This document shows, piece by piece, positions 59,758 to 64,000 of a stretch of DNA of 64,000 nt (position 1 is the stretch's first letter; the number at the start of each line of letters is the position of its first letter). The translations under genes and the position numbers were made by a program. Origin of the DNA: an uncultured bacterium (lineage in GTDB: Bacteria; Chloroflexota; UBA5177; JANWHV01); NCBI GenBank assembly GCA_963827235.1, contig CAWHAE010000016.1, forward strand, positions 416,001 to 480,000, written 5' to 3'. The notes under the pieces were generated by a model that worked only from the letters and a program-made list of their open reading frames with translations, did no database searches and was not told the origin of the DNA.

Positions 59758-61641
59758 ATGACAGACTCGAGTTCGTCTCCCGAGAGCGGCTGGACCTCCT
59801 TTCTCGGTGAGATCGCCGCAGCAGGTCCTGATCTGCATGCGCTCGACGATATCGGCTATCGCTTCGCGACCTGCGGGCACGACCTGCCCATCTTGCTCGC
59901 ATCATTGACCTCCAGTGAGCACCTGCCGGCTCAGACTGCGTCGCTCGCCCGCGGGTATCTGCGCGGCGCTGCCGGCCGTGAATCCGAAGACGTGGCCGGT
60001 ATCCGGCTGGAGCTCGACCGAAGACGCGCGGAGCTGCGCGCTATGCAGCGCGTCAACGCGGTCGCCACGGGCAGCCTCGACGAGAACACCGTGCTCAACA
60101 ATGTGGTCGGTGCGGTTGCCGAAGTCATGGACGTCGACGTGTGCTCCATCTACCTGAGGCAGGGACAGAATCAGCTCGTGCTGCGAGCAACCTATGGGTT
60201 GAGCCAGGACGCGGTCGGTCAAGCCAGGCTCCGCGTCGGAGAAGGCGTGACCGGTCTGGCCGCCGAGCAGGGTAGGCCGGTTACCGTGCCGGACATCTGG
60301 TCGGACAGCCGCGCGAAGTATCTCCCTGAGACCAAGGAAGACGAATACCACTCTATCCTGTCGATCCCAATCAAGGCCGCGGCGACGGAGTATGTCCAGG
60401 GCGTCCTCAACGTACAGACACGAGAGGTCTGTGAGTTCACCAACGACGACATCGGCTTTCTGGAGATGATCGCCGGGCACCTGGGTCTCTCGATTGAAAA
60501 CGCCCGCTCCTATGGTCAGACCGACGCGCAGCTCCGGCAGAAGGTCAACGCTCTGACAACGCTTCACCAGGTCGTGCTCGCCGTGTCGAGCAGTCTCGAC
60601 CTGCGACGAGTGCTCAACACCATCGCCCGACAGGCGCTGACACTCTGCCAGGGAGAGAGCAGTGCCATTCTGTCACGCAAAGGCCAGCAGCTCCGTGTGG
60701 AAGCCTTTTGCGGCGATGGTGACCTCGAGCACACGGAGTTCGTGCGGGAGATCGCGCGTGCCGCGATTGTGCAGGGAGCGCACCAGGTGCAGCTATCACC
60801 TCCCGGTGAAGACAATGTGCAGCGGGCCTTGCTGTGCGTGCCGCTACGCGGGCATGGCTCGACGTACGGTGCGCTGGCGGTGTTCGGCAAGGCCGAGCAG
60901 GGCTTCGATGGAGAGACGAGTGACCTGCTCACCGACTTCGCCTGCGAGGCAGCCATGGCGATTGAGAATGCCCAGCTCCACCAGGCGACTCAGCAAAGTC
61001 TGGAAGCAAAGTCCGTCCTCCTGTCGGAGTTGCACCATCGAGTGAAGAACAACTTGCAGACCGTGGGGTCACTTCTCTCACTCGCTCTCCGGCACACGAA
61101 GTCGGAAGAAGCCGCTGAGACGTTGCGCGACAGCTACAACCGCGTGCAGAGCATCGCGGCTGCCCACGATCTTCTCTCCCGGCAAACTATTGGAGTGACC
61201 ACGATCGGCGAGGTCGCCAACAAGGTGATTGGTCTGCTCGAGCCTACCGTTCAGTCTCGTACACAGGTGAAGTTCATCGCCGAAGGAGATTCGATCGAAG
61301 TGGAGACGCGGGAGGCCACCACGCTGGCGATTCTCCTCAACGAGCTGCTGACCAACGCGATGAGACACGGGCTGCGGGGACGCGATGGCGGGACCGTTCG
61401 CGTGCTGTTCGGTCGCCAGGGATCGGAAGCCTGGGTGTCGGTAGCCGACGATGGAAACGGCTTACCGTCCGACTTCACACTCAACAAGAACAAGGGACTC
61501 GGGCTCTCTATCGTGCGAACGCTGGTCGAGGCCGACCTTCACGGGCAGGTTAACTGGGCAAGCGACCACGGCGCCCGCTTCACGCTGCTCTTTGTCCCGT
61601 CCGTGGGCTCCAGCCCGCGCGCGCTGGCGGCGCGCGCCTGA
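59758..61641 (+). CDS. Soluble GAF-GAF histidine kinase, HisKA_2 (PdtaS/EutW-like) type
   Basis: Two GAF domains (GEGVTG..A, IENAR and IENAQL), H-box ELHHRVKNNLQ, NELLTNAMRHG, VADDGNG, GLGLSIV; no TM segment. Confidence 0.92.
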   Translation: MTDSSSSPESGWTSFLGEIAAAGPDLHALDDIGYRFATCGHDLPILLASLTSSEHLPAQTASLARGYLRGAAGRESEDVAGIRLELDRRRAELRAMQRVNAVATGSLDENTVLNNVVGAVAEVMDVDVCSIYLRQGQNQLVLRATYGLSQDAVGQARLRVGEGVTGLAAEQGRPVTVPDIWSDSRAKYLPETKEDEYHSILSIPIKAAATEYVQGVLNVQTREVCEFTNDDIGFLEMIAGHLGLSIENARSYGQTDAQLRQKVNALTTLHQVVLAVSSSLDLRRVLNTIARQALTLCQGESSAILSRKGQQLRVEAFCGDGDLEHTEFVREIARAAIVQGAHQVQLSPPGEDNVQRALLCVPLRGHGSTYGALAVFGKAEQGFDGETSDLLTDFACEAAMAIENAQLHQATQQSLEAKSVLLSELHHRVKNNLQTVGSLLSLALRHTKSEEAAETLRDSYNRVQSIAAAHDLLSRQTIGVTTIGEVANKVIGLLEPTVQSRTQVKFIAEGDSIEVETREATTLAILLNELLTNAMRHGLRGRDGGTVRVLFGRQGSEAWVSVADDGNGLPSDFTLNKNKGLGLSIVRTLVEADLHGQVNWASDHGARFTLLFVPSVGSSPRALAARA

Positions 61642-61674
61642 GCAGTCGAGCACAGGGCAGGGCTGCTCACCACC

Positions 61675-62502
61675 ATGCCGATGCAGGGCGGCGACGGGAC
61701 GGGTATTCGCTCGCGACTGGATCAACGCTTGATTGACCATGGTCTTGCGTCCGGCCGTGGCGAGGCACAGCGTCTGATCGAAGAGGGTCGCGTTACCGTG
61801 AACGGCCGGGTTGCCTCCCGTCCGGGAGCCGCCATCGGGGACGACGCCGAGATCGTCGTGGCTAAGCCGGAGATGCACTTTGCCAGTCGCGGCGGGCTCA
61901 AGCTTGATGCTGCTCTCGCTCGCTTTGCCATCGAGGTGGAGGGCCTCGTGGCGATTGATACAGGTGCCTCGACAGGAGGCTTCACCGACGTCCTGCTCCG
62001 TCGAGGAGCCGCGCGGGTCTATGCTATCGACGTCGGGTACGGGCAGCTTGCCTGGACGCTGCGCACCGACTCACGCGTCGTGGTCATGGAACGCACGAAC
62101 ATTCGCTACGTGACGCAGTTGCCCGAGAGCCCGGGCATCGCTACAATCGACGTATCGTTTATCTCCCTTGACCTTGTACTTCCCGCAGTGAGCAGGCTGC
62201 TCCGGCGCGACGCGCAGGCGGTCTGCCTGGTCAAGCCTCAATTTGAGGTCGGCAGGCATCTTGTGGGCAAGGGTGGCGTCGTCAGGAGCGTCGAGGCTCG
62301 ATCGGCTGCGGTTGGCCGTGTGTTGGCCAACGCGGTTGCGAGCGGCTGGCTTCTCGGAGGACTCATGGAGTCTCCAATCGTCGGCCCGGCCGGCAACCAC
62401 GAATTCCTCGCTTGGCTGCATCATGATGCATCACTGGGCATTGTCGACCTCGATGGCGAAATACAGAGGACAGTTCGTGGCGCAATCGACGCCGACCATT
62501 AG
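61675..62502 (+). CDS. tlyA: TlyA family rRNA 2'-O-methyltransferase
   Basis: S4 domain RLDQRL, SRGGLKL, DTGASTGGFTD, DVGYGQL, DVSFISL, LVKPQFE, SPIVGPAGN.EF. Confidence 0.95.
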   Translation: MPMQGGDGTGIRSRLDQRLIDHGLASGRGEAQRLIEEGRVTVNGRVASRPGAAIGDDAEIVVAKPEMHFASRGGLKLDAALARFAIEVEGLVAIDTGASTGGFTDVLLRRGAARVYAIDVGYGQLAWTLRTDSRVVVMERTNIRYVTQLPESPGIATIDVSFISLDLVLPAVSRLLRRDAQAVCLVKPQFEVGRHLVGKGGVVRSVEARSAAVGRVLANAVASGWLLGGLMESPIVGPAGNHEFLAWLHHDASLGIVDLDGEIQRTVRGAIDADH

Positions 62503-63355
62503 CAGGTTCGAAGCGCAACAGCGGGTACGCCGCGCAGCTATCTTGCTGCACCCGCGTGTGCCGGCTGCACAGGACATGCTGAAGAGCGTCCTCGACGTGC
62601 TCCGGGACTTCGAAGTGGAAACGGTAATCGGCTCCGTCTGGGGATCTTCAGACGTGAAAGCGATGCTAGCCGGCGTCGAGGTGTGTTTCGTGCTGGGCGG
62701 AGATGGAAGCTTGCTCCGCGCGGCGAGACTCGCCGCACCGTCGGGCACGCTTCTCGTGGGGATCAACCTGGGCCGTCTCGGCTTCCTGGCTGAGATAGAG
62801 CCTCGCGAGGTTCTCGAGCGTGTTGCCCTGGTCGCCGGCGGTCAATTCTGGGTCGAGGAGCGTATCATGCTGGCGGCCGAGGCAGTGCGTGACGGCCAGG
62901 AATCCCACACGTACAGCTGCCTGAACGAGGTCGTCGTCACGCGCAGGCACCTATCCCGAGTCGTGAAGATCGAGACGCACATCGACGGCCACTACCTCAC
63001 CACGTATGTTGCCGACGGCGTGCTGGTCGCTACCCCGACCGGATCGTCGGCGTACTCCCTCGCGGCGGGCGGCCCTATCTTGCATCCGGAAGTACGCAAT
63101 ATGGTGCTCACGCCAATCAGCGCGCACCTTTCCCTCCGCAGCCCGCTTGTGCTGCCAGACACAACCGAAGTCCGGTTGATCGTGCACACAGATCACGAGG
63201 CGAGCGCCAGCTTCGACGGCCAAAGCGACATAGAGATGCGCACCAACGACTACATCGCGGTTCGAGTTGGTCCACACGTGGCGCGTTTCGCCCGCACGCA
63301 CGAGCGGGCCTACTTCTATCACACTCTGGTAGAGAAGCTGGGTATCGTCCACTAG
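62477..63355 (+). CDS. nadK: NAD(+) kinase
   Basis: LGGDGSLL, GINLGRLGFL, LNEVVV, ADGVLVATPTGSSAYSLAAGGP; start placed at GTG 62477 after AGAGGA. Confidence 0.95.
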   Translation: MAQSTPTISRFEAQQRVRRAAILLHPRVPAAQDMLKSVLDVLRDFEVETVIGSVWGSSDVKAMLAGVEVCFVLGGDGSLLRAARLAAPSGTLLVGINLGRLGFLAEIEPREVLERVALVAGGQFWVEERIMLAAEAVRDGQESHTYSCLNEVVVTRRHLSRVVKIETHIDGHYLTTYVADGVLVATPTGSSAYSLAAGGPILHPEVRNMVLTPISAHLSLRSPLVLPDTTEVRLIVHTDHEASASFDGQSDIEMRTNDYIAVRVGPHVARFARTHERAYFYHTLVEKLGIVH

Positions 63356-63436
63356 TCTCGACGCCGTTAGAGCGCCAAACGTGGCAGGCCGTCGGCATGA
63401 TACGGCAGACGACCTCGAGCTGACTGCCTCGAGCAT

Positions 63437-63802
63437 TTACCGCCGCCGACGCCGGGGATCGAGCGCCGCGCGGAGTGCCTGCCGGCTCTCACCCGTGCCG
63501 GGCCAGCGGAGAGAGGGCTCCGGCAGCGATTCGGGGTGTGAGAAGAACCGCCGGATACAGATGGCCAGGTGCTTCAGCAACATGCGGTCCTCGGTTGACA
63601 ACACGCGGCCCAGGCGCTGAAACCACGCGTCACCCACTTCAACGACGAGCACCTCGTCGTTGCCGCGACGCACCACGACGAGGCGGAACTTGCCGTCGAT
63701 CGCTCCCTCTTCGTCTGCGACGCTGAAGCCCCTCCCCAGCAGGCCGCGCAGGTACGTCGCCAGGTCGAGCCGGCTCATGTGGAGCGGCATGCGATCGTGC
63801 AT
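63437..63802 (-). CDS. Hypothetical protein (~121 aa)
   Basis: Protein-like core LDLATYLRGLLGRGFSVADE...LVVEVGDAWF; TATAGT about 100 nt upstream. Start uncertain. Confidence 0.5.
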   Translation of the reverse strand: MHDRMPLHMSRLDLATYLRGLLGRGFSVADEEGAIDGKFRLVVVRRGNDEVLVVEVGDAWFQRLGRVLSTEDRMLLKHLAICIRRFFSHPESLPEPSLRWPGTGESRQALRAALDPRRRRR

Positions 63803-64000
63803 GCCGTGAGCGAAGCATCTCCCATCAACACCGCCTTCAGCGCGCGAAAGTCCGCGTGAGCCCGGCAAGCCAGGTTCATCACAGTGCGACGAGCCCGCAT
63901 CAACTATACACCGGCAGCGGTAGGTCGCGAGACACGGCACGGAGGAGGACTCCGCCTTGCCGCCTGAGCGCAAGCGTGGCGAAACATCCTGCCGCTTCTT

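Noticed and set aside
1-64000. CRISPR arrays, rRNA/tRNA genes, transposases, integrases, prophage or defence genes
   Set aside because: No regularly spaced repeats or characteristic motifs were seen by eye; a short RNA gene could have been missed.

Overview
High-GC bacterial chromosome segment made up mostly of core genes. Gene content and synteny suggest a Terrabacteria, Chloroflexota-like organism (inference). In order: DUF1015 gene (truncated by the window edge), single-domain receiver, GH63-like glucosidase, tkt-tal, acpS-nnr-CBS-alr, cvpA, gpsA/plsY/der/DUF512, plsC/cmk/rluB/pepA/thiN, a complete nuoA-N complex I operon, radical SAM + GT4 + MFS, aminotransferase/asd/lysC/recJ, SCO1664-family kinase, dtd, rpoD, ppdK, recO, an isolated Flp pilin divergent from a kinase-regulator-kinase cluster, tlyA, nadK. 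No rRNA, tRNA, CRISPR array or mobile element was recognised. Conserved genes carry frameshifts (clear in nuoD, lysC, recJ twice and ppdK; probable in the thiN and rluB tails), most likely sequencing or assembly indels. The most unusual features are: (i) an RpoD-type sigma factor with no typical region 1.1 and a ~300-aa insertion carrying four Cys and an acidic stretch; (ii) a Flp pilin facing two different histidine kinases and one NarL-type regulator, with repeated operator-like palindromes between them; (iii) a radical SAM-glycosyltransferase-MFS cluster preceded by a long structured leader. All family calls come from motif recognition by eye; no searches were run.
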